DNA of 51,381 nt from an uncultured Candidatus Saccharibacteria bacterium (GCA_964362545.1 CAYIEM010000003.1:1-51381), one strand, 5' to 3'. Positions 1-8,885 are shown, numbered from the stretch's first letter. Translations and numbers: made by a program. The notes: generated by a model from the letters alone, not told the origin.

Positions 1-228
1 GGCAATCTCCGCTACTTTGTTTACGAAATTTATCGCCCCGATGAAATCTTTGAAGTTGTATTCTTTGGAGATTCTCGCTCCGAATTGCACTTGTTCCGGT
101 TTGCGACTCAGGTCTAAAATCAAACTCCAACCAGGAATTTGCGCCAACAATCTCTCTGCCTCGCTTTTGTCGAGAGGTTTGACTCCCCCTTCGCACGGCA
201 CGCACTTTTTATTTAATAAATCATTCAT
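1..228 (-). CDS. phhB: Pterin-4-alpha-carbinolamine dehydratase (4a-hydroxytetrahydrobiopterin dehydratase), 3' end outside window
   Basis: Not in the ORF track. Hand translation from ATG at 228: MNDLLNKKCVPCEGGVKPLDKSEAERLLAQIPGW...ISKEYNFKDFIGAINFVNKVAEIA, with the typical CxPCxGG and F.DF..A..FVN.VA.IA motifs. Confidence 0.85.
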   Translation of the reverse strand, partial: MNDLLNKKCVPCEGGVKPLDKSEAERLLAQIPGWSLILDLSRKPEQVQFGARISKEYNFKDFIGAINFVNKVAEIA

Positions 229-234
229 GCTTAA

Positions 235-1155
235 TTATTGTATCAGATTATCTGACATACTTTCTCGCAACCTGGCTATCTGATAAATACTAAAGACGAG
301 CAGGACAGCCGCGATCCATTGAGTAATAGAAAGCACTGTATGGTTTATAATAAAATCTAACAAAATGGCTACAAAAGGAAAAGTCAGCTCCAAAATCGTG
401 GAGACCCGCACGGGTGTTTTTGCCAACCCTTTATAATAAATCAAAAGCGCGACCATGCCGGTCGAAACGGCAATAAGCGCCAAGAAGCCAAACTGGGTGG
501 CAGAAGGCATCGCCATTCCCCCATTTTGAGCACCCCCGAACAAAAAGAGAACGGGTAAAGCGACTAGCAGAGTTATCAAAAATCTGTAAAACGTACTCAC
601 TTTAAAATCCACCTTACCTAAAAGCATTTTGGAAAAAGTGGTGGAAGACCCCCAGGCAAAAGCGGCGCCGAGCGCCAAAAGAGCGGCTATGACCGTTCCC
701 TCACCTGTTTCTAAATTCACCACTCCGTCCGCAAAAGTAACGAAGTACGCTGAGACCAGCGCCAAGAGGGCCCATTTGATGTATCTTTTATCTAAGTGTT
801 CCTTCAGAAAAATCCTGGCTGTAGTGATAGCAAAGATCGGTTGAAGCTTCTGTAAAAGAAACACAACCGAGATGGAAATAAAATGCACTTTCCCGAGCGC
901 CGCCGTAAACCATATGGTCCCCAAAAGTCCGCTTAAGACGGATACTAAAACGAGTAGCCACCATTCACGTTTCGCTAGCCTTGCTTTTAAAACATGTTTA
1001 AAAACAAAAGGAGATAAAATAATCAGACCTATTAAGTGTTCGAAAAAGATTATCGTGATCGGGGGAAGTGTATACAAATGTTGCCGAATAAGACCATCAA
1101 GAGCCCAGAGCGACGCAGCAATGATTATAAATATAGGACCGGTGTAATTTTTCAT
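235..1155 (-). CDS. EamA/DMT family transporter
   Basis: About 10 hydrophobic segments in two repeats, LQPIF...ARIFLKE motif; start moved to ATG 1155 (MKNYTG). Confidence 0.85.
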   Translation of the reverse strand: MKNYTGPIFIIIAASLWALDGLIRQHLYTLPPITIIFFEHLIGLIILSPFVFKHVLKARLAKREWWLLVLVSVLSGLLGTIWFTAALGKVHFISISVVFLLQKLQPIFAITTARIFLKEHLDKRYIKWALLALVSAYFVTFADGVVNLETGEGTVIAALLALGAAFAWGSSTTFSKMLLGKVDFKVSTFYRFLITLLVALPVLFLFGGAQNGGMAMPSATQFGFLALIAVSTGMVALLIYYKGLAKTPVRVSTILELTFPFVAILLDFIINHTVLSITQWIAAVLLVFSIYQIARLRESMSDNLIQ

Positions 1156-1166
1156 AGGTTTTAAGT

Positions 1167-1541
1167 TTAGCACTTTTTTAAATCTTTCTCTATCTGTTCT
1201 TTTAATTCTTTTTTGGTTTTGAATTTCTTAAATTTTCTAATGAATTTATTAATCTCAAGCGTAACTTTCTCTCCATAAATATCTTTTTTAAAACCAATCA
1301 AATGCGCCTCGATTTTGGGTAAACCCTTTTTATCAAGTGGCCCGATAACAATCCCTGCCTTATATGTTAAACACTCGGTGTTTAACATAGTATTCAGTGT
1401 CGCTTTTCCAGCATACACCCCAAAATTTGGTTTTTCTTTTAACTTCAAAAAATTCCTCCTGTCCAAATTTATTGTCGGATAGCCAATTTTTTTACCATAT
1501 CCTTCTCCTTTTATTATTCTGCCTGAAATTACGTAATTCAT
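1167..1541 (-). CDS. Stand-alone riboflavin kinase (RibF C-terminal domain)
   Basis: GRIIKGEGYGKKIGYPTIN, GVYAG, IEAHLIGF..DIYGE, FIR..KKF motifs; no FAD synthetase domain. Confidence 0.85.
   Translation of the reverse strand: MNYVISGRIIKGEGYGKKIGYPTINLDRRNFLKLKEKPNFGVYAGKATLNTMLNTECLTYKAGIVIGPLDKKGLPKIEAHLIGFKKDIYGEKVTLEINKFIRKFKKFKTKKELKEQIEKDLKKC
1363..1389. repeat. Intragenic palindrome (12-bp arms)
   Basis: TATGTTAAACAC-tcg-GTGTTTAACATA inside the riboflavin kinase ORF. Confidence 0.75.
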
Positions 1542-1552
1542 TACTTATTACA

Positions 1553-2869
1553 TTACGGAGCCAGTCGATTCATGTCTCTTGGGAAAAGCGTCGCTTCTTT
1601 CACATTTGCCAGACCGATAATTTTCTGAGTCAATCTTTCAAGACCCATGCCAAATCCACCTTCTGAGGGCATTCCATATTTAAAAGCCTGAAAAAAATAT
1701 TTGAATCCATCCGAGTCAGGGTTGCCGCCGGCCATTTCTCGAAGTTGCTTGGTAAGAATGTCATAGCGATGTTCTCGCATGCTACCGGTGGCTATTTCAA
1801 CCCCGCGGAAAAGCAAGTCCGCGCGTTCAGCAATTTCCGGATTGTCATCTTTAAATTTATGGTAAAACTTCGCTCCTTCCTTCGGCCAATCAGTCACAAA
1901 AACCGCTTCGCTTCCTAGATTTTCTTTGGCGTATTCGCATATCCATTTCTCCTCATCCGGACGCAAGTCTTTTTCACCTATCGTCTGTTGTTCATTGGCA
2001 GCTGAGTATTTCTGGTGAATCTCCTCCATGGTGATCTGTGGAATCTCCTTGGCTAAAATCGGTTTAGTAGCTTCCCACATTGCGAGTTCTTTCTCGCAAA
2101 TTTTCCAAACATTCTCTATTACAAAGTTCATAAAGCCACTCATCAAATGAAGCAAGTCCTGAAGTTCAATGAAACCCATCTCGACGTCAATCGTCTGAAA
2201 CTCGGTCATGTGACGAGGAGTAGCGCTAGGCTCAGCTCGATAGGTAGAGCCGATTTCAAACACCCTTTCATACACCCCCACCAGTATCTGTTTGTAAAAT
2301 TGAGCGCTCTGGGCTAAAGTGGCTTCTTTGCCAAAATAATCCAGCTTGAAAACTTCAGCGCCCCCCTCAGTCGCGCCCGGAAGAAGTTTAGGCGAACTAA
2401 ACTCTGTAAAATCTTGACTTTTGAGATATTCTCGTACTTGATTTCGAACTTCGGCTTGGATTTTAAATACCGCCCTTTCACGTAAATTTCTAAGTCCTAT
2501 CACTCGATAATCAAACAGAGTGTCCAAATTGTCCGATTTGTGCCCCAAAGGTTTATCTATTTCTATCGGAGAAGCTTCAGTGACCGACAACACCACTGTA
2601 ATTTTAGGATTATGAATTTCCACTCCTTCGGGAGCGCGTGGCTCTTCCGTGACAGTGCCCACTATTTCCAACACTGTACCTATCTGCATTCCTTCCAATT
2701 TTTCAATTTCACTTTTATCCTCAATCAAAATCTGCATGACTCCTCCGCGATCTCGCAACACTAAGAACACCATCCCGCCAAGCGGACGTTTCTTGTGAAG
2801 CCATCCCTGCATCAACACTTCCTCTCCTTTGTGGTCTTTCACTTCTCTAGATAAAATTCTGTTTTTCAT
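1553..2869 (-). CDS. aspS: Aspartate-tRNA(Asp/Asn) ligase, short non-discriminating (archaeal-type) form
   Basis: OB-fold LRDRGG, GATEGGAEVF, LAQSAQFYKQ, YRAEPS.T.RH, motif 3 GGFGMGLER...LFPRD; start moved to ATG 2869. Confidence 0.93.
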   Translation of the reverse strand: MKNRILSREVKDHKGEEVLMQGWLHKKRPLGGMVFLVLRDRGGVMQILIEDKSEIEKLEGMQIGTVLEIVGTVTEEPRAPEGVEIHNPKITVVLSVTEASPIEIDKPLGHKSDNLDTLFDYRVIGLRNLRERAVFKIQAEVRNQVREYLKSQDFTEFSSPKLLPGATEGGAEVFKLDYFGKEATLAQSAQFYKQILVGVYERVFEIGSTYRAEPSATPRHMTEFQTIDVEMGFIELQDLLHLMSGFMNFVIENVWKICEKELAMWEATKPILAKEIPQITMEEIHQKYSAANEQQTIGEKDLRPDEEKWICEYAKENLGSEAVFVTDWPKEGAKFYHKFKDDNPEIAERADLLFRGVEIATGSMREHRYDILTKQLREMAGGNPDSDGFKYFFQAFKYGMPSEGGFGMGLERLTQKIIGLANVKEATLFPRDMNRLAP

Positions 2870-3001
2870 AGTTTTTTTATAGAAGTTTTTGGAAATAGCT
2901 TTTCGCAGGGGTTGCGAGGCTGACGAGCCGAGCATTTCAGAATTTTTTAAGCTTCAAAAAATTCGTACCGAAGAAAAGTTAATTTCCAAAAACTTACTGG
3001 A

Positions 3002-3058
3002 GAAAACAAAAATCGCCTCTCCAAACTTACCTTGGTTGATAAATTTGCAGGGGCGATT
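3002..3058 (-). terminator. T-box intrinsic terminator
   Basis: AATCGCCCCT-GCAAATTT...AAGTTTGG-AGAGGCGATT followed by TTTGTTTT on the minus strand. Confidence 0.8.
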
Positions 3059-3250
3059 CTTGTCGAACCACGGTGCCACCCTACTTCTTGCCCGTCCGAA
3101 GCCTATGGCGTAGGCGGGTGCTTCATTTCAAACTTTAACGCAGTTTCTACGGAGGATTCTACTCGCCTTTCAGCTTTCTTCCCTCGCCTTGTCCCGCAGA
3201 AGCTTGAGCGAAAGCAGGACTCCCCAGTGTCAGCTGGTTCAAAGGCTATT
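3002..3250 (-). promoter_or_regulatory. T-box riboswitch leader upstream of aspS
   Basis: Minus strand AAGTAGGGTGGCACCGTGG (3086-3068) T-box motif, downstream CGCCCCT antiterminator partner, AGTA/GAA Stem II, AAACT-GCGTTAA-AGTTT Stem IIA, and an overlapping terminator. Confidence 0.85.
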
Positions 3251-3311
3251 GTTTAATAATAACACTGTAAACCTAAAAAGCAACAACCAGAAAGATATAC
3301 AGTGTTACCAT

Positions 3312-4031
3312 TTATTTAAATATATTTTTAACCGTTGCGTCCACTAAGATTCTCATTGTATCGTATATTTTAATTCCATTATTATTTTCAGGCATCAATA
3401 ATTGTAAATCAGTGCAAGCCAAGATAACATGTCTAACTTTGTTCTTGGCAAAATCCTTTATTACCTTCATCAATAACTCACGATCCTTATTGTCGTATCT
3501 AGTCGAAACCAGATTGTAGATTAGTTTACCAATTCTGGCCTGTTGTAAACCACTAGGGATAATCTGTTTAATTTTGCTCTGTTTTAAAGATTTCTCATAT
3601 AACTTGTTTCGGATAATTATTGAAGTAGCGATAATTCCAACTTTATCGATTTTTTGCTTATTAAGAAATCTAGATGTTTCTTCTAAGATAGATAAAACCG
3701 GAATCTTGACTGCATTTCTTATATCACCAATGAACACGTGTAAAGAATTGCATGGCAACACCAAAAAGTCGGCACCAGCCTTTTCTAAGTTTTTCGCAGC
3801 ATCAAGAAGATACGGCAAACACTTTTTCTCTCCGACACCTTCAGCAATAGCCTCTTTTTCAATATCAAACGGCAAAGCAATGCTGTTGATTAGAATTTGT
3901 GGGTAATTGGTCTTATTTAACTGTTTGCACGAAAAAATAAGCTCCAAATAAAATTCTGCTGTAGTCTCGGGTCCGAGACCACCAATTATTCCCACAGTTT
4001 TTATTTTGTCTTTATTCTCTGATATCATCAT
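3312..4031 (-). CDS. Asp/Glu racemase family amino acid racemase (RacX/YgeA-like)
   Basis: GIIGGLGPETT, PCNSLH and LACTDL two-cysteine catalytic motifs. Confidence 0.9.
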   Translation of the reverse strand: MMISENKDKIKTVGIIGGLGPETTAEFYLELIFSCKQLNKTNYPQILINSIALPFDIEKEAIAEGVGEKKCLPYLLDAAKNLEKAGADFLVLPCNSLHVFIGDIRNAVKIPVLSILEETSRFLNKQKIDKVGIIATSIIIRNKLYEKSLKQSKIKQIIPSGLQQARIGKLIYNLVSTRYDNKDRELLMKVIKDFAKNKVRHVILACTDLQLLMPENNNGIKIYDTMRILVDATVKNIFK

Positions 4032-4116
4032 ACTAGTATGCTAGCATAAATAAAAAATAAAAGCAAGGACGGTGTAAGCCTACCTGTGGATAAGTATCTT
4101 ATCATACTAGTATGCT
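4027..4116. repeat. Two identical 16-bp palindrome-cored direct repeats (ATCATACTAGTATGCT at 4027-4042 and 4101-4116)
   Basis: Read directly; the core CATACTAGTATG is a perfect palindrome. Confidence 0.75.
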
Positions 4117-4155
4117 GTTATTTATACCTTTTTTACTGTACTTAGAATAACGCTT

Positions 4156-4446
4156 TTAACTGACTTTGAGAAGTTTCAAGGCTCGTCGGAACCCTCCTTC
4201 TTTGTCTTGCATTTCACGGGATCCCCTGGTAACGGTCCCTACCCCTAAATGTAAATCTTCCGCTATGGCCTGATGGTGCTCTCTTTTGGCAAGACGCTTT
4301 ACTATTTGCCACCTGACGCCAATGTTGCCAAATTCACGTGGCGTCAGTATGTCTTCAATAAAATCACCTAGAAGTTCTTTATTTTTAGAGATTTTATAAA
4401 TTACCTCGATTATTTCTCTTTTATATTGTTCAGAATTATTTTTCAT
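4156..4446 (-). CDS. TrpR/YerC family transcriptional regulator
   Basis: DILTPREF.NIGVRWQIVK.L...HQAIAEDLHLGVGTVTRGS TrpR-type HTH; start moved to ATG 4446. Confidence 0.85.
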   Translation of the reverse strand: MKNNSEQYKREIIEVIYKISKNKELLGDFIEDILTPREFGNIGVRWQIVKRLAKREHHQAIAEDLHLGVGTVTRGSREMQDKEGGFRRALKLLKVS

Positions 4447-4513
4447 AATGATTATAGTATACCACAAATATCAGCACAGTGATATGTAGAGCTCTGATTA
4501 ATAAAATAATATC

Positions 4514-5008
4514 CTACTGTGAAATATCTCCTATTTGGGAATTTACTATTTCTTTATAATCTTTTGAGAACATTCCTATCGAGTAGGATCTATCACCTGC
4601 ATTAAATATAATTTTTTCGTTTTCAAAGATATTGAAATCCGCATATATTGGCAAATTAAAAATATTCCCAAAAGGTGGTACTCCCCCTCTTTGCACACCT
4701 TGGGTTATTTCAGATATTTCCATTTCTGTAGCAAGTCTGGTGTCCACAATACTAAAAACATTTTTGAGCTTCTTGGAATCGAATTTCTTGTCTCCAGAAA
4801 CACAAACCATTATAAATTTCTTGCTTTTGTCCGGCATTTTTGCCTTTACAATTAAGGCCTTCACTCCCTGCTTCAGTTGATATTCTGGCCTTTGCCGTGC
4901 TGCCTCTTCACTGGTCGTCACTGGAACATGTTCAAAAGTTTCAAACCAGAATTTTTTTTCAACAAGAATATCTTTGATTTTGTCGACAGTTGGATGATAG
5001 TTTGTCAT
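4514..5008 (-). CDS. YbaK/ProX family aminoacyl-tRNA editing protein
   Basis: H.PV.TSEEAA, VKALIVK, RLAT..E, GGVPPFG, FNAGDR motifs; start moved to ATG 5008. Confidence 0.88.
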   Translation of the reverse strand: MTNYHPTVDKIKDILVEKKFWFETFEHVPVTTSEEAARQRPEYQLKQGVKALIVKAKMPDKSKKFIMVCVSGDKKFDSKKLKNVFSIVDTRLATEMEISEITQGVQRGGVPPFGNIFNLPIYADFNIFENEKIIFNAGDRSYSIGMFSKDYKEIVNSQIGDISQ

Positions 5009-5015
5009 TGAGAAA

Positions 5016-5966
5016 TTAGTAAACTGAAACTCCAACTTTTTGGCGCACCTCTGCCATTTTTTGAGAAGCGACTTTTTTGGCTTTTTCTCCGCCTTCTTTT
5101 AAAATTGCCAACGCACGAGGAATATCTTTTTCAAATTCTTTCCTTTTTTCACGGAGTGGCGCGATGAATTTCTCCAAGTCTTCTATCAACATTTCTTTGA
5201 GCTCTTTATACTTCCCTGCTTTCTCTTCGTAAATTTTCTTTAATTCTTTTTCATCCCGTAAAAGTTTGTGAATGGAAAAAACATTTACAGGGGTTTCACC
5301 GCTGGAATCAGTCACAATACTCATCACGCACTTCTTGATTTCTTCATACTCCGCAAAAAGAGGAATGGTGTTCCCATAACTCTTACTCATTTTGCGTCCA
5401 TCCGTTCCTGGTACAACTGCCAAATCTTTTATAATCTTTGCTTCTGGCAACTTAAATGTTTCGCCGAAAATGTGGTTGAATTTTTCGGCCGTATCGCGAG
5501 TAATCTCTATGTGTTGTTTCTGATCTTGACCTACCGGAACAACATCAGGACTATAAAGTAAAATATCTGTGGCCATGAGCATTGGATAATTAAAAGTGCC
5601 GACATCTATTTCTTTGTTCTTCGCCTCAGCATCCTTAAAGGCATGAGCCCGCATCAGATATGGCATGGTCGTGATAGTATCGAATATCCAAGTGAGTTCA
5701 GTATGCTCAGAAATATCAGACTGCTTAAAAAATACTGCCTTTCTGGGATCCAAACCAATTGCCAGGAAATCCAAAAGAACTGCTATAATATTCCCACGCA
5801 TTATCTTAGGATCTTGCACGGACTTTAAAGCATGATAATCAGCTATCATCATGTAACACTGATACTCGTCCTGTAAATCCAACATTTGTTTCATCATGCC
5901 AAAATAATTGCCAATATGCGGTTTACCTGAAGGCTGAATACCTGACAGTAATACTTTTTTAGACAT
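5016..5966 (-). CDS. trpS: Tryptophan-tRNA ligase
   Basis: SGIQPSGKPHIGNY (HIGH), VPVGQDQKQH, KMSKS. Confidence 0.96.
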   Translation of the reverse strand: MSKKVLLSGIQPSGKPHIGNYFGMMKQMLDLQDEYQCYMMIADYHALKSVQDPKIMRGNIIAVLLDFLAIGLDPRKAVFFKQSDISEHTELTWIFDTITTMPYLMRAHAFKDAEAKNKEIDVGTFNYPMLMATDILLYSPDVVPVGQDQKQHIEITRDTAEKFNHIFGETFKLPEAKIIKDLAVVPGTDGRKMSKSYGNTIPLFAEYEEIKKCVMSIVTDSSGETPVNVFSIHKLLRDEKELKKIYEEKAGKYKELKEMLIEDLEKFIAPLREKRKEFEKDIPRALAILKEGGEKAKKVASQKMAEVRQKVGVSVY

Positions 5967-6070
5967 GGTTCTATATTACCACATTTATTATGAAATTATC
6001 CCCATTTTAGTAACATACTTATGCATTTTAGAACTTTGACTATATTGTTACTATTGCTAGAATGTTTCTA

Positions 6071-7462
6071 ATGGCAAAAACAAGTAAAGCGAACCTACGC
6101 ATCCCTCCACAGAGCATCCCATCCGAACAAGCGGTGTTGGGGTCTATTATGTTGCGAAAAGACGCAATCCACGAAGTGGAAGACATAATAAACGCGGATT
6201 CTTTCTATGCTGAAAAGCATAAAATAATATTCAAGGCCATGCTTGATCTATCCGTCGCCAGTGAACCCATAGACATGCTGTCACTTTCCACTAAGCTGAA
6301 CGAGCAAAAATCCCTTGAGAGAATAGGAGGCAACCAATATTTAGCAGAAATAGTAAACCTAGTACCCTCTTCCACCAACTTAAAACATTACGCTAATATT
6401 GTTCAAAAAAAATACATATTGAGAAGTTTGATAGAAGCGGCGGATTATGTCTCGGAACTTGGTTTCGAGGAAAGCGATGACCATATGGATGACATTCTTG
6501 ACATGGCGGAAAAGAAAATATTTAGCGTGATATCCTCCCCCAAGAGTCAGAAATATACAAACCTTCGAGACGCTCTGCCTGAAGCATGGGAACGTCTAGA
6601 AAAATTGCACGAACACAAAGGATTGCTTCGAGGACTAGCGACGGGCTTCAAAGATCTGGACACCATGCTCTCAGGGCTACAAAAATCCGATTTAATTATT
6701 CTCGCCGCCAGACCTTCGATGGGTAAAACGACACTTGCGCTCGACATAGCTCGCATGTCTTCCGTTATCCATGATAAATCCGTACTGATTTTTTCTCTTG
6801 AAATGTCATCTCAGCAACTCGTAGATAGAATGCTTTCGGCGCAGTCACGAGTGAATGCCTGGAATCTGCGCACCGGACATTTATCCTCCGACAGAGACTT
6901 TTCGCAACTTCGCGACTCGCTGGACAAACTGGCCAAAGCAAAAATATTTATCGATGACCAACCAGGCAATTCTATAGTCAGAATGAAGGCCCTCGCTCGC
7001 AGATTAAAAGCCGAAAAAGGACTCGACCTCATCGTCGTTGACTATCTGCAGCTTATGACGACTTCTAAGAATTACGACTCAATGGTAAACCAAGTGACGG
7101 AAATTTCCAGATCACTAAAAAGCTTAGCAAAAGAACTCGATGTGCCGGTCTTAGCGCTTTCCCAGCTTTCCCGTGCAGTAGAATCGCGTGGTGGCAAGCC
7201 TAGACTCTCAGACCTTCGAGACTCGGGCTCGATCGAACAAGATGCTGATGTGGTAATGTTCATTCACAACGAAGACAGGGGCAAAGACGAATCTGAAAAA
7301 ACAAATATCGCCGAAATTTTAATCGAAAAACACAGAAACGGCCCCACCGGCAAAGTAGATCTTTATTTTGATGTGAAAACCACCACCTTCTTAAATCTCG
7401 AAAAGAGCAACCTTAGCGAATTTTCTGCATCAAAGATAAGCGATGACTTGGAAGAGTTTTAG
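6071..7462 (+). CDS. dnaB: Replicative DNA helicase
   Basis: PPQS..SEQAVLG, AARPSMGKT, VVDYLQL, SQLSR, DLRDSGSIEQDAD, KHRNGPTG; start could be 6062 or 6071. Confidence 0.97.
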   Translation: MAKTSKANLRIPPQSIPSEQAVLGSIMLRKDAIHEVEDIINADSFYAEKHKIIFKAMLDLSVASEPIDMLSLSTKLNEQKSLERIGGNQYLAEIVNLVPSSTNLKHYANIVQKKYILRSLIEAADYVSELGFEESDDHMDDILDMAEKKIFSVISSPKSQKYTNLRDALPEAWERLEKLHEHKGLLRGLATGFKDLDTMLSGLQKSDLIILAARPSMGKTTLALDIARMSSVIHDKSVLIFSLEMSSQQLVDRMLSAQSRVNAWNLRTGHLSSDRDFSQLRDSLDKLAKAKIFIDDQPGNSIVRMKALARRLKAEKGLDLIVVDYLQLMTTSKNYDSMVNQVTEISRSLKSLAKELDVPVLALSQLSRAVESRGGKPRLSDLRDSGSIEQDADVVMFIHNEDRGKDESEKTNIAEILIEKHRNGPTGKVDLYFDVKTTTFLNLEKSNLSEFSASKISDDLEEF

Positions 7463-7464
7463 TC

Positions 7465-8076
7465 ATGAACACCATAGAAAAATTAACTGAAATTTTTAAA
7501 GAATTCCCTGGAATTGGGGAAAGACAAGCCAAACGTTTTGTTTATTTCCTGATGCATAAGAATTCCGCATATGCTGAAAGTTTATGTAGCTTAGTTTCTG
7601 AATTGAGAAAAGAAGTGACCCAATGCAAAGAATGTTTTAGATTTTTCCTATCAAATAAAGACAAAGACGCTGTGTGTGATATCTGCAAAAACCAAAATAC
7701 TGATACTTCCACCTTGATGGTTGTTGAAAAAGATTCAGACCTAGAGAGTATCAGCAAAAGTAGAGTTTATGATGGCAAATATTTTATTTTGGGAGGACTG
7801 GTGCCTATTGTGGAAAAAAATACAAATTCTAGAATCAGAATAAAAGAATTAATCAAAAGAATCCAAAACGAAAAAAATCTGAAAGAAGTAATTTTAGCTT
7901 TTTCTCTAAATCCACAGGGCAACCATACTGATTTTTATATTCGCAATCAGCTCAAACCCATTACCGAGCCACTCAATATAAAAATATCTTCCCTCGGCCG
8001 CGGCCTATCCACTGGCACTGAACTCGAGTATTCGGATAATGACACCTTGAAAAATGCGTTAAAAAATAGACAGTAG
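7465..8076 (+). CDS. recR: Recombination mediator RecR
   Basis: PGIGERQAKR HhH, CKEC...CDIC zinc finger, Toprim VVE, ELEY.D..TL..AL. Confidence 0.95.
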   Translation: MNTIEKLTEIFKEFPGIGERQAKRFVYFLMHKNSAYAESLCSLVSELRKEVTQCKECFRFFLSNKDKDAVCDICKNQNTDTSTLMVVEKDSDLESISKSRVYDGKYFILGGLVPIVEKNTNSRIRIKELIKRIQNEKNLKEVILAFSLNPQGNHTDFYIRNQLKPITEPLNIKISSLGRGLSTGTELEYSDNDTLKNALKNRQ

Positions 8077-8105
8077 TATTAAAATATAAAAACTATCTAA
8101 AATTT

Positions 8106-8885
8106 ATGAGACCTATAGAGAAAAGAATATTTGCAGATGATAGAAAGTCAGTCGCAAAGCAGGTTCGCAAAGCAAGAGAATTAGAAATGGAGAAAGAAGA
8201 ACCATATAAGATGAACAGAAGTGGAAAAGAATATCTTTATGGAATCGGCGGGTTAAAAAATTTATTTGAATATTTAAGAAGTTTACCGTCTCATAAAATA
8301 CTTGATGTCGGAACGGGAAACGGTAATGCGATTAATAAAATCAGCAAAATGCCAATATCTGCTGACCTCGATTTCGAAATAACAGCACTCCATAATTCTC
8401 CTGAACTGCGAAGAAATTTCCAAATCGGGAAAGTGCATATAGCAACAATTGAAACCTTGGAAAGAATAGAACAGGCGTCTTTTGCGGGAATTATCGGGGC
8501 TATTTCAGTTGCATATTCCGACAGCCCAATTCTGGCAGTAAGAAAGGTAGACCAAGTGCTGACACCCGGAGGGGTATTTAAATCTACGTTTAACCGACCT
8601 GGAAAAGAGGAAAAACACCGAGGTACATCTTTAAAAGATGCAGAAAGATTTATGGAAGGGTTTTCCGCTCTCGGTTACGACATTTCTCTAATTAGGGATA
8701 ATAGTTTTTCCCGCCAAGGGAGACTTATACCCATAATAACTAATTCAATTCTCCTTGCTATTAAGCCAGGCAACCCTAGCGCTCCATCTGCTGAAAAATT
8801 GCTATACACAGACTTTGAAAGTCTGAGAAATGATTCAATACGATTCATAGGCGATGTCCCTGTTTTCGATACTGAAGACAAATAA
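8106..8885 (+). CDS. Class I SAM-dependent methyltransferase-like protein
   Basis: ILDVGTGNG motif I and VLTPGG motif; substrate unknown. Confidence 0.65.
   Translation: MRPIEKRIFADDRKSVAKQVRKARELEMEKEEPYKMNRSGKEYLYGIGGLKNLFEYLRSLPSHKILDVGTGNGNAINKISKMPISADLDFEITALHNSPELRRNFQIGKVHIATIETLERIEQASFAGIIGAISVAYSDSPILAVRKVDQVLTPGGVFKSTFNRPGKEEKHRGTSLKDAERFMEGFSALGYDISLIRDNSFSRQGRLIPIITNSILLAIKPGNPSAPSAEKLLYTDFESLRNDSIRFIGDVPVFDTEDK

Noticed and set aside
2889-3256. Two 74-aa plus-strand ORFs
   Set aside because: They overlap the minus-strand T-box leader and repeat units and have no coding features.
4085-4093. Perfect DnaA box TGTGGATAA
   Set aside because: Single box with no cluster or dnaA nearby; not enough to call oriC or regulation.
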